From Octopus sinensis (Eukaryota), in contig NC_043020.1 of NCBI RefSeq assembly GCF_006345805.1, forward strand, positions 26,102,001-26,166,000: a DNA stretch of 64,000 bases. The letters are read 5' to 3'. Under the pieces are notes generated by a model. The model did no database searches, was not told where the DNA came from, and saw nothing but the letters and a program-made list of their open reading frames with translations. The translations under genes were made by a program, and so were the position numbers. Positions 1-11,989 of the stretch are shown one piece after another (position 1 is the stretch's first letter; each line of letters starts with the position of its first letter).

Positions 1-209
1 AAAATCCGAGTTTCGCACCATTAATTTTTGGCTTGGAAGTTACAACTGATACATCGGACGAAATTGTCCATAATTAATATCATATCAATAAATAGCAGTA
101 ATAATAATAATAATGATAATAATACTAATAATAATAGTATTTGCTAAAGTTGTCCATGAATTTGTACAAAATGTGTTACAAAAGCGAATACAGGACATGT
201 AAGAATGAA

Positions 210-260
<51 letters not shown>

Positions 261-348
261 CTTAATCAGTTATGATGTTGACAATGACTTCGTAGATTTA
301 GGTGGCCGAAATTTCGAAGTCACTCAAAACCATATCCTTTTTTCAGAA

Positions 349-566
349 TCCTTTCTACTAAAGGTACATGGCCTTGAAAGTTTGGGGCAAGGGGACTAGT
401 CGATTACATCGATCCTAGTACGCAACTCGTACTTAATTTATCGACCCCGAAATGAGGAAAGGCAAAGTCGACCTCGGCGGAATTTGAACTCAGAACGTAT
501 CGGGAGTCGAACTACCGCGAAGCATTTCACTGGGCGAGCTAACAATTCTGCCAGCTCGCCGCCTTA
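349..566 (-). mobile_element. tRNA-type SINE, family A (Nin/Deu-like central domain)
   Basis: Reverse complement reads ggcggcgagctggcagaa...gttctgagttcaaattccgccgaggtcgactttgccttt...gtcgataaattaagtac. The same ~220-bp sequence recurs more than 15 times in the window. The domain name is from recall. Confidence 0.8.
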
Positions 567-809
567 TACTTCTAGAGTGAGAAACAGGAGCTGCAATAAC
601 TTTGGACTAGGATTAAAAGGCCGACAGGTCTTCAATGCCCATTATAGTATATTATGGGTGCATAAAGAAATACGATATCTCTACAAGTAATTTAAATGTC
701 CCTGGCATTCAGCTTTGAATCCAATATTTTTCTCTCTCGCTGCAGGTATTCTTTCTTTATCTTTTGTTTCATATCATTGTGCTTAACTCCACCTGCCTCA
801 CGTATTCCT

Positions 810-912
<103 letters not shown>

Positions 913-1290
913 ATATATATACTCAAAATAAGCAACAAGAATGACTCCGGTAATTTGGTACAATCGTTTCGTACTACATCATTTCTCTGTTGCTTAATTT
1001 GATTATAATCACCCCTCAAATTTTTATGGATAACACCATACAAAATTCTGTAGCATCTAAATTAAGTACCATATTCATTTGAATCTAAATTTTTCCTGAA
1101 CTTATATATATATATACATATATAAATATATATATATATAATTGAGTAGTTGAATGAATTATCTTATTATGGATAATTCGGTTAACCGATGCCTAGGTAG
1201 CAAATTCACGTCACAAAAACACGGTTGAAGATACATGCCTAGGGCAGAGATCACGTGTTATCGTGTGGAAATTTGTGTGTTTTTTTTAAA

Positions 1291-1584
1291 TACAAATAAA
1301 TGAAAGAATGGAGTTGAACGACGAATTAACAAAATTCCTTTATTTTATCTTCGACATATGTTTCGAAGGCTGCATATTCCTAATTTCGAAGGAATAAGGG
1401 GTGCATTATGCCGCCTTCTCATCAGGAAAAGCAAGGAACTTATGTCAGCATCAAGATGCACAAAAACTTTTAGATAACTGCCCACACGGAGCACATAGGA
1501 ATATGCAGCCTTCGAAACATATGTCGAAAATAAAGTAAAGGATTTTGTTAATTCGTCGTTCAACTCCATTCTTTCATTTATTTG

Positions 1585-1586
<2 letters not shown>
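1291..1586. mobile_element. Short inverted-repeat element (~90-bp arms) carrying a hammerhead motif; Penelope-derived candidate
   Basis: 1291-1381 is the near-perfect reverse complement of 1497-1586. The right arm runs into (TA)n. Confidence 0.65.
1348..1430 (-). ncRNA. Type-I hammerhead ribozyme motif, intact core, long stem II
   Basis: Minus strand reads ttttc-CTGATGA-GAAGGC(42 nt)GCCTTC-GAAA-CATATG-TC-gaaga. It has the G10.1-C11.1 pair, a palindromic stem III (ACATATGT), a GUC cleavage triplet and a 5-bp stem I. Confidence 0.75.
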
Positions 1587-1643
<57 letters not shown>

Positions 1644-1873
1644 GATTTAGATTCAATTGTCTTCATCATCTCACAACTTGGCATACATGCTTTCTGTCCT
1701 GGCAAGCGTTCCTCGTCTCATCCTCACCATAGCACATTATGAAAGATACCAGTACATACCAATCTACATACATGGATATCTATAAATATATACATTGGTA
1801 TTAGTATGTATATATACATCTGCATAAGTATGTATTTATATATATACATATGTATAAGTATGTATATATATAC

Positions 1874-1904
<31 letters not shown>

Positions 1905-2589
1905 GTGTGTGTGTAGTGTATGTATATATATGTCTGTGTGTGACTGTGCGTGTGTGTGTGTTTAACGCATACATATGCTCATCGACAAATACCACACACA
2001 CACACGCATATACACATACACACACACACAAACACATATAAATATTGAAATGAAATGGCATAGATTACGATTATTACTGTCATGTGTTAGCGATTTTTCA
2101 ATCAACCAATTAAACGAACGAGACAACTTTGTATTTATATACACAAATAAAATCGTACAAAACTCTCTATAGATAATCACCTCAACAATGGCAATACACT
2201 TTATGTAGACGCAATGTTATTGTATGTGGTTATATAGAAAAGAAAATAAGAGACCGCCGAGCTAACGATGTATTGACATTCACAATAACGTTTTGACTCC
2301 ATCGAATACGACTTGTGCTATCAAGGTGTTTGTTCAATGGTTTTTACTAGCTTATGGTGTCTATATATAGAAAATGGTGTCATTTATTAAGTTGATCGTC
2401 TAAAGTCAGTTATAATGGGAATCTAATAGACGCAATCTAGACAGCATATTGTGTGTGTGTGTTTGTGTTTGTGTGTGTGTTACTTAATTACGTAGCATCT
2501 GTGTTCATGGCATATTGAAAAGTGATACCACCATCTCATGAATGCATAATTTGGATATCCTCCGCATACGATATAAGTATGTGTACATC

Positions 2590-2767
<178 letters not shown>

Positions 2768-3064
2768 TGTCTGCCTATCTCTCCCCGCTCTCTTTCTCCC
2801 ACACTCTCTCTTTCATCTTTTATAAGTGTGTGTGTGTGTGTGAATTGGTATCTGCGTTTGTCCGCCACCACCGCTTGACAACCGATGTTAATGGTTCGGT
2901 AGAGAGGTCAATAGAATATGTATCAGGCTTCACAAGAAATAAATACTGGGGGCGATTCATTTGACAGAATACTTCAACGTGGTGCCCCACCATGGCTGCA
3001 GTCGAATTACTAAAACAAGTAAAATGGTAAATATACACTCGCACACACACACACACACACACAC

Positions 3065-3117
<53 letters not shown>

Positions 3118-3149
3118 TTATATATATATATATATTCTTGTATTCTTTT

Positions 3150-3515
3150 ATGCTTTTACCTGTTTAACTGCAGCCACGCAAGAGCGCTGCCTTTAGTCGA
3201 GCAAATCGATCCCAGGACTTATTCCTCTGTTCCTTTTGCCGAACCGCTAATTAATTGGGACGTAAATAGACCAACTTTCGGTTGTTAAGTGATGGGTGTT
3301 GGGGTCAAAACACAGACCCACAAATATATACATACAACATTCATATATATTATATATATATATATATATATTATATAATATATACGACGGGCTTCTTTCA
3401 TTTTCCGTCTACCAAATCCACTCACAAGGCTTTGGTCGGCCCAAGGTGCTACGCAGTGGGAGTGAACCCGGAACCATGTGGTTGGGAAACAAGCTTTGTT
3501 ACCAAATAGCCACAC
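3150..3515 (-). mobile_element. tRNA-type SINE, family B (CORE-like)
   Basis: Matches the family-B pattern accacatggttccgggttca-cccactgcgt-gcaccttgggc...ggatttggtagacggaaa...gactgaaac. Confidence 0.75.
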
Positions 3516-4288
3516 TTTCGCTACATAAATATTTCTCTATTGGATTCTCTCTCTCGCACGCACACATACACACACACACACACACACATACAAACGCGTT
3601 CACACTCATCAACAAATGCACATCTATATATATATGTGAATGGATGTGCGCTTGTGCGAGCAAGGTTTTGTGCATACCGTCATTAAAAACGTGTCTTCCT
3701 CGATTTACACAATTCCGATTTGTACGGTGATTCGCAGAACCAATGTACCGAGTAAGTCGAGGCGCAACCGCATATCACCAACACAATCAGATTTATAGAG
3801 CAAATAAACTATTAAATATGGCGTCGTCGAAACATAACCGTAAAACTTCATGGATCATATCTTCATACGTATGTCCATTAGAAAGGAAATACAGCGTTAC
3901 ATTGGACAATTCATATGACTAAAGATATAACTAAAGCGATATTTAAGCCACAAATCATCGCTTTAATCAGTGGATTCGCTGTAACATTAAGCTGGTTTCC
4001 TAATTCTTATTACGATTTCGATTTGTTAGTGTATGTAGTTATAAATGGCTTCTGTTGGTAGGGAACGAGTTTTGTGAGGAAAGCTAGGAAGATTGTTATT
4101 CGTGCTACTGACTGCAAGTAGGTTGCTATTGTTGTTGTTGTTGTTGTTGTTGTTGTTATATTTGATGTTGTTACTATGATATTGCTTTTGGTGGTGCTGC
4201 AGGGTTTTGGTCTTTGTTTGAAGTCTATAACCCTATATTGTATGAATTATGGAGATCAGATACAAAAAGAACACATACATACATACAT

Positions 4289-4321
<33 letters not shown>

Positions 4322-4322
<1 letters not shown>

Positions 4323-6785
4323 CTACTAAGCAATATAGGATGAAGTCCCTTACTCTACAGCAAAGGAATTCATCAGGAAGCGTGGGCAGTATATTTAAAA
4401 AAACCGTTACGGTTGCAATATACATCATATAATTATTCTAAAGCCAAATACACTGTTTATACTTATAATCTGAAACGGGCAACTAACCTTTAGAAAATTT
4501 CGTTATCTCTATATTGAATCAATTTCGGACTTAATCTTATAAAAGATATATTCCTTCTTCAGTAGAAATTTCGATGGGATATAAATAAAATACTCACGTA
4601 TGATCATGGAAAAAGCACAAGCTAAAAACCATAACTACACTTGAGTACATCATTTATATCTAAAAATAAAAATTCTTTGGTCAGCCTCAGAAAACAAAAA
4701 CGTCCAGACCTTTCGCCGCTACAAATTGTAATGGTTACCAGTCCTCCTGTAGCAAGCATCGAGTTTACTACTAAGAATATAGGATGAAGTCCCTTACTCT
4801 ACAGCAAAGGAATTCATCAGGAACGTGGGCAGTATATTTAAAAAAACCGTTACGGTTGCAATATACATCATATAATTAAGGGCTAAAGAGGGTTATTCTA
4901 AAGCCAAATACACTGTTTTTATCCACTTATAATCCGCTTGTTTTACAGGAAAATTGAAACTGAAAACGGGCAACTAACCTTTAGAAATTTAAATTTCGTT
5001 ATCTCTATATTGAATCAATTTCGGACTTAATCTTATAAAAAAAGATATATTCCCTTCTTCAGTAGAAATTTCGATGGGATATAAATAAAATACTCACGTA
5101 TGATCATGGAAAAAGCACAAGCTAAAACATAACAAACTACACTTGAGTACATCATTTATATCTAAAAATAAAAATTCTTTGGTCAGCCTCAGAAAACAAC
5201 GTCCAGACCTTTCGCGGCCGCTACAAATTGTAATGGTACCAGTCCTCCTGTAGCAAGCATCGAGTTTACTACTAAGCAATATAGGATGAAGTCCCTTACT
5301 CTACAGCAAAGGAATTCATCAGAACGTGGGCAGTATATTTAAAAAAAACCGTTACGGTTGCAATATACATCATATAATTAAGGCTAAAGAGGGTTTATTC
5401 TAAAGCCAAATACACTGTTTTATCAGTTATATAAATCCGCTTGTTACAGGAAAATTGAAACTGAAAACGGGCAACTAACCTTTAGAAAATTTAATTTCGT
5501 TATCTCTATATTGAATCAATTTCGGACTTAATCTTATAAAAAAAGATATATTCCTTCTTCAGTAGAAATTTCGATGGGATATAAATAAAATACTCACGTA
5601 TGATCATGAAAAAGCACAAGCTAAAAACATAACTACACTTGAGTACATCATTTATATCTAAAAATAAAATTCTTTGGTCAGCCTCAGAAAACAACGTCCA
5701 GACCTTTCGCCGCTACAAATTGTAATGGTTACCAGTCCTCCTGTAGCAAGCATCGAGTTACTACTCAAGCAATATAGGATGAAGTCCCTTACTCTACAAG
5801 CAAAGGAATTCATCAGGAAGCGTGGGCAGTATATTTTAAAAAAAACCGTTACGTTGCATATACATCATATAATTAAGGGCTAAAGAGGGTTATTCTAAAG
5901 CCAAATACACTGTTTTATCCACTTATAATCCGCTTGTTACAGGAAAATTGAAACTGAAAACGGGCAACTAACCTTTAGAAAATTTAATTTCGTTATCTCT
6001 ATATTAATCAATTTCGGACTTAATCTTATAAAAAAAGATATATTCCTTCTTCAGTAGAAATTTCGATGGGATATAAATAAAATACTCACGTATGATCATG
6101 GAAAAAGCACAAGCTAAAAACATAACTACACTTCCGAAATTGATTCAATATAGAGATAACGAAATTTAAATTTTCTTAAAGGTTAGTTGCCCGTTTTCAG
6201 TTTCAATTTCCCTGTAACAAGCGGATTATAAGTGGATAAAACAGTGTATTTGGCTTTAGAATAACCCTCTTTACCCTAATTATATGAGGTATATTGCAAA
6301 CCGTAACGGTTTTTTTAAATATATGCCCACGCTTCCTGATGAATTCCCTTTGCTGTAGAGTAGGGACTTCATCCTATATTGCTTAGTAGTAAACTCGATG
6401 CTTGCTACAGGAGGACTGGTACCATTACAATTTGTAGCGGCGAAAGGTCTGGACTTTGTTTTCTGAGGCTGACCAAAGAATTTTTATTTTAGATATAAAT
6501 GATGTACTCAAGTGTAGTTATGTTTTTAGCTTGGCTTTTTTTTCCATGATCATACGTGAGTATTTTATTTATATCCCATCGAATTTTCTACTGAAGAAGG
6601 AATATATCTTTTTTTATAAGATTAAGTCCGAAATTGATTCAATATAGAGATAACGAAATTTAAATTTTCTAAAGGTTAGTTGCCCGTTTTCAGTTCAATT
6701 TTCCTGTACAAGCGGATTATAAGTGGATAAAACAGTGTATTTGGCTTTAGAATAACCCTCTTTAGCCCTTAATTATATGATGTAT
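4322..6785. repeat. ~495-bp tandem array with an internal inversion, flanked by (TA)n
   Basis: The unit marker ataggatgaagtccc recurs at ~4335, 4779, 5281 and 5774. Orientation flips at 6133/6134 (acactt|ccgaaattgattc) and 6134-6785 is the reverse complement. Confidence 0.92.
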
Positions 6786-6806
6786 ATATATATATATATA
6801 ATAATA

Positions 6807-6846
<40 letters not shown>

Positions 6847-7232
6847 CATATATATAATATATATAATATATATATATACATACATATGTATATATATATG
6901 TGTATGTTGTATATATATATATATATATATATATGGTATGTATATATATATTCTCTCAAAGGCAATCAAAATTCATAACTGAAATGTGAATCGTTGCAAA
7001 TTTTAAGTGAGAGAGAATATATGGGCACATTGGGCTTAAAGTAAAATTATGTAGTGATGGTAGTAAAACATGTGAATAAACGGGTCTGGACGTGGCTGTG
7101 TGATAAGAAGCTTGCTACTCAACTACATGGTTCAGGGTTCAGTCCCACAGAATCACTCCTTGAACAAGTGATTCCAATAGCCTCGAAGTCGGTCAAAGCA
7201 TTGTGAGCGGATTTGGCAGACGGAAGCACGTC

Positions 7233-7272
<40 letters not shown>

Positions 7273-7274
<2 letters not shown>

Positions 7275-7668
7275 TAGCAGCATCGCCCGGCGTCGCCGGG
7301 TTTGTAAGGAAATAACTATATAAGCATTTTAGAGATGTAAAGTATAATAGCCATCTCAATATGCTAACCACAAAGGGGGGTATTTACTGTAGCTTTTTAC
7401 GTTCTGAGATTTAATATACATTTTAGAGAGTTACTACTACTTCCCTTATATAATAGCAAAAAACGCATTAAAAATGGGAAAAAATTATGGTAATTTTTTT
7501 TTTAATCGTAGACTCATTGTAGACGCGCGCTAATACCCAGAAGGGCTCGATATGAATCACGACTATAAGATGCCCGCTCTTGGTTACACTGCACCGCAAA
7601 ATGTGGGAGTAGTTAGGAATCTAAATCGTAGGAGACAGACACACAACTTCACTTTTATATCTAAAGAT
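7273..7668 (-). mobile_element. Non-autonomous Helitron/Helentron-like element
   Basis: Minus strand starts tatctttagatataaaag and ends with a GC hairpin (cccggcgacgccggg) then ...ctagt. Homologous to 8711-9107 and 58851-59152. Confidence 0.7.
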
Positions 7669-7942
7669 ATATCTTTGTGTACATGTATATGGCCAGGTGG
7701 CGTGTGAAGTTAAGGCGTTCCCGGTCAGAGCCGGAATTCTTCAGGTGGAAAAATTTTCACGACGGTTGTAACGGAAAACGGGCTTCCTTGGATGTGTGTG
7801 TGTGTGTGTGTGGTATGCGTGTGTATATGTACGGGGGAGCATCATCGTCAACATCAACAAGCGATACATTGAGATCCTTCTTTCCTTATTATACAATTAA
7901 ATACACGTCAAAACTCTTCCCCACTATAACTCTTTCTCTTTC

Positions 7943-8134
7943 TCTTTTACTTGTTTCAGTCATTTGACTGCGGCCATGCTGGAGCACCGCCTTTAATCGA
8001 GCAACTCGACCCCGGGACTTATTCTTTGTAAGCCCAGTACTTATTCTATCGGTCTCTTTTTTGCCGAACCGCTAGGTGACGGGGACGTAAACACACCAGC
8101 ATCGGTTGTCAAGCAATGCTAGGGGGACAAACAC

Positions 8135-8167
<33 letters not shown>

Positions 8168-8335
8168 CATATATATGACAGGCTTCTTTCAGTTTCCGTC
8201 TACCAAATCCACTCACAAGGCATTGGTCGGCCCGGGGCTATAGCAGAAGACACTTGCCCAAGATGCCACGCAGTGGGACTGAACCCGGAACCATGTGGTT
8301 GGTTAGCAAGCTACTTACCACACAGCCACTCCTGC
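7943..8335 (-). mobile_element. Full-length SINE family B (CORE-like)
   Basis: tRNA-like head gcaggagtggctgtgtggtaagtagc...ggttccgggttcagtccc, CORE-like gcatcttgggcaagtgtctt, tail gcagtcaaatgactgaaacaag. Confidence 0.85.
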
Positions 8336-8710
8336 TAGAAACTAAATATTGCTTTCAAATTCTGGCACAAGCCCATAAATTCCGCGGAGTGGCTAATTCG
8401 ATTACATCGATCTCTGTAGTCAATTCCTACTTATTTCATCGGCCCTGCAATGTCGAAATGCCGCTAAGTATTTTGATCGGTGCAGTGAGGATTCTGCGAT
8501 CTCGCTGCCTTAAATATGATCTGCACGTTCCTTCATACTATAGCCACAAGGACTGGAAATTCGGGGAAGCGGTCAGTCGATTATATCTACCCCAGAACGT
8601 ACCAGGTACTTATTTTATCGCGCTTGATTTGGCGATAAGCAAAGTCGCCCTCGGCTAACGATTCTGCCAGGTCGCCGCCTTAATTATGATAATGAAATAC
8701 TAGACAATAA

Positions 8711-9107
8711 TATCTTTATATTTAAAAGTAAGGTTGTGTGTCTGTCTACTCCGATTTTGATTCCTAACTACTCCCACATTTTGCGGTGCAGTTTAACCAA
8801 AACCGGGTATCTTATAGTCGTGATTCATATCGAGCCCTTCTGGGTATTAGCGCGCGTCTACGATGAGTCTACGATTTTAGAAATAATTTACCATTATTTT
8901 TTTACCATTTTAATGCATATTTTTTAAATATAAGGGAAGTAATTCTCTAAAAATGTCTACGATGAGTCAACGATTTAAAAAAAAATTTACCATCATGTTT
9001 TTTCCATTTTTAATGCATTTTTTGCTATTTTTTTGCTATAACTCTCTAAAAATGCTTTATAGTTATTTCCCTTACAAACCCGAGCAACGCCGGGCGATAC
9101 TGCTAGT
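8711..9107 (+). mobile_element. Non-autonomous Helitron/Helentron-like element
   Basis: 5' tatctttatatttaaaag, then tgtgtgtctgtc, 3' hairpin cccgagcaacgccggg and terminal ctagt. Confidence 0.72.
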
Positions 9108-9819
9108 TGACTATAAAATAAAGTACATATCAAATGAATACATTTATATAAAGTTGTGTCTGATTAATTAATGTATGAGTAATTTGTATATATCTATATT
9201 TTGTATGAATAATTAAAAACATTGTGGTTCGCAGCAAAAATAGTAATTACATATAAGTGCACAAGACCTTATATCTCTAGTTTCAATATGACATATGTAG
9301 TATATTTTGTATATTTTTTTAATTTAAGAGAAGGCAGCTTCGGTTTCCATAGAAGATAGCTCTTGTTGTTCATATATATTATATATAATATATATATATA
9401 TATATCTATATATATATATATATGCGTGTGTATGTATATATTATATACATACATACATATATATATATGTATATATATATATGTATATATATATATGTAT
9501 TATATTATATGTATATATATATATATATAATTGGCCTGCTCGCTTAGCCAGCGGGGTGGTGTCGTTTGAAGGCTAATACAATGCGAACGCATTGTGACCA
9601 GCGATGTGTAGCAACATCTGATGGTCTGATCAGTCACGTGATCACGTGACCGACCAGAGTGTGAAAGATGTATGCCTGTACGTGTATATGTGTGTGTGTC
9701 TGTAAATGAACATATCTGTATCTATTTCTGTCTTTCTCTCACTGTCTCAATCTCTCTCTCTCTTTATTTATATATATATATATATAAATACACGTGTACA
9801 CACACATACATACACACAT

Positions 9820-10037
<218 letters not shown>

Positions 10038-10517
10038 TACAGAAGATGTCTCATGGGAGAGTTTTAATGGAAGGTGTTCTCTTGGGAAATATGCAATCTT
10101 AGTTAGATGTCTGAGATTTTTCAGGCTTCATCTCTTACTTGAATAATTGATAATTGGTAACTGCGATGACGTTCTCTTTAACTAATTGATTTTTTCCTTG
10201 ATATTAACACAGTTTTGTATTTTCGATTATGTCAATATGATCTCTAGGACTATTAGCCTGAAATGGTGTCGTTGCTTTGTCTAGTAACAATGTTTTCGTA
10301 GAGCCAGAGCAATCAGGATCGAGCACAAACTAGAGAGGCACGGCTTCTAGTTTTTCTCTGTTTCTTACCATAAGATTACATTTAATGCGTGAATTAATGG
10401 TGATACCGTTCGTATGTTCGCGGGCTTACCCCTTGGGTAAAGGTTATTGTTTTACCTTTCTAGACTGAAGTTTTATCAGGGCAGCAAGCTCGCAGAGTCA
10501 TTAGCGCATGCTAATTT

Positions 10518-11185
10518 AACCACGTTAAATGTTCATATCGCACCATGAGGCAAAGCGGAGGGACAAAACATACAAGCAAAAATTATTGAATAATTCAAGA
10601 TCCAAGGATTTCTGGTTCTGCTTTAAATAAGCTTTACCGTCATCAATTGAATATATCAAGGGTACATAAATACAGATATATATATGCACAGCAAACGATA
10701 TACTTACATATACGAGCGCCGTACATACATACATATGGTGCGAAATGAACATTTAACGTGGTTTTATAGTCAGGGTTTCGACTGCTATTTCGGCATGTTG
10801 GTGTCTTCTAGACACCCTCATTTTTAATTGTTAAAAATTATTTTAACCATATCGTTATTATGAGGTGATTTGGCGGGCAATTCAGACTGGCTGTGTCCAT
10901 ACGTGCATATGTATGTATGTACGACGCTCGTATATGTAAGTATATCGTTTGCTGTGCATATATATATCTGTATTTATGTACCCTTGATATATTCAATTGA
11001 TGACGGTAAAGCTTATTTAAAGCAGAACCAGAAATCCTTGGATCTTGAATTAATATTCAATTTTTGCTTGTATGTTTTGTCCCTCCGCTTTGCTCATGGT
11101 GTGCGATATGCAAATTTACGTGTTTTATAGTCAGGTTTCGACTGCTATTTCGGCATGTTGGTGTCTTCTAGACACCCTCAATTTT
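10518..11185. repeat. Inverted duplication of ~218 bp of unique sequence plus a direct duplication of a ~60-bp flank
   Basis: 10518-10736 is the reverse complement of 10906-11123. The block tatagtcagg...gacaccctca occurs at ~10765 and ~11125. Confidence 0.9.
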
Positions 11186-11989
11186 AATTATATATATATA
11201 TATATATTATATATATATATATACATATATACCCAACACATATATATAATATATATACATATAACATATATACACACCCACATATATATATATATTCATA
11301 TATATACATATACATATATATATATTATATCTTAGATATATATATACGTATATATATATACTGTTGGTGTCCTGTACTCATATATGCGTGTATATGTACA
11401 TGTAGAGGTAGGTACGTACATATGTGTTTATATATAACGCATAGTTTTATTTCATTTCATTTATAATATATATATATATATTAATATATATATCTATATA
11501 TAACTATATATATAATATCTATATATATTATATATATATACATACATACAATTATATATTATATATATATTATATATATATTGTAAAACAATGAAGTTCG
11601 AAAATGCTGCTGTATTATACAAATTTTTAATTTTTATATATACATTATAACATGTTTCACATTCCTGAAATGAACCTTATCAAAAAAGTTATATATAAAA
11701 AAAGACAGCTCATGCCGTCAAACACAAGAAATTCATTTAAATACACAACGAGTCAACATCTTAGAGTTCATGTATAGTTGATATATAGTTCATGTATAGT
11801 TGATATATAGTTTGAAGTATATGTTCAAGTGTTCGATGCAGTGGCCCACGGTGGTCGATACGTATTCAATACACAAAAACACATCAAAGGGTGGAAAGCG
11901 GTCAATACAGAAGATTGATGTTTCCGAAAGAGCGAGGAATTGATTTTACCTAAGCAATTGTGATGACCCATGGTGGAAGTTCGCTGGGT

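Noticed and set aside
265-330. Hammerhead-like 3' half GAAATTTCGAAGTC (also degenerate at ~930-990, minus)
   Set aside because: No CUGANGA core and no in-register stem I. At most a decayed relative.
4322-6785. CRISPR-like or regularly spaced arrays (also 12040-12500 and 47071-47648)
   Set aside because: Units are whole tandem repeats without unique spacers. There are no cas genes and the context is eukaryotic.
8280-8335. tRNA-like A/B-box sequences
   Set aside because: These are heads of SINE families A and B. They do not form a full cloverleaf and continue into the SINE body.
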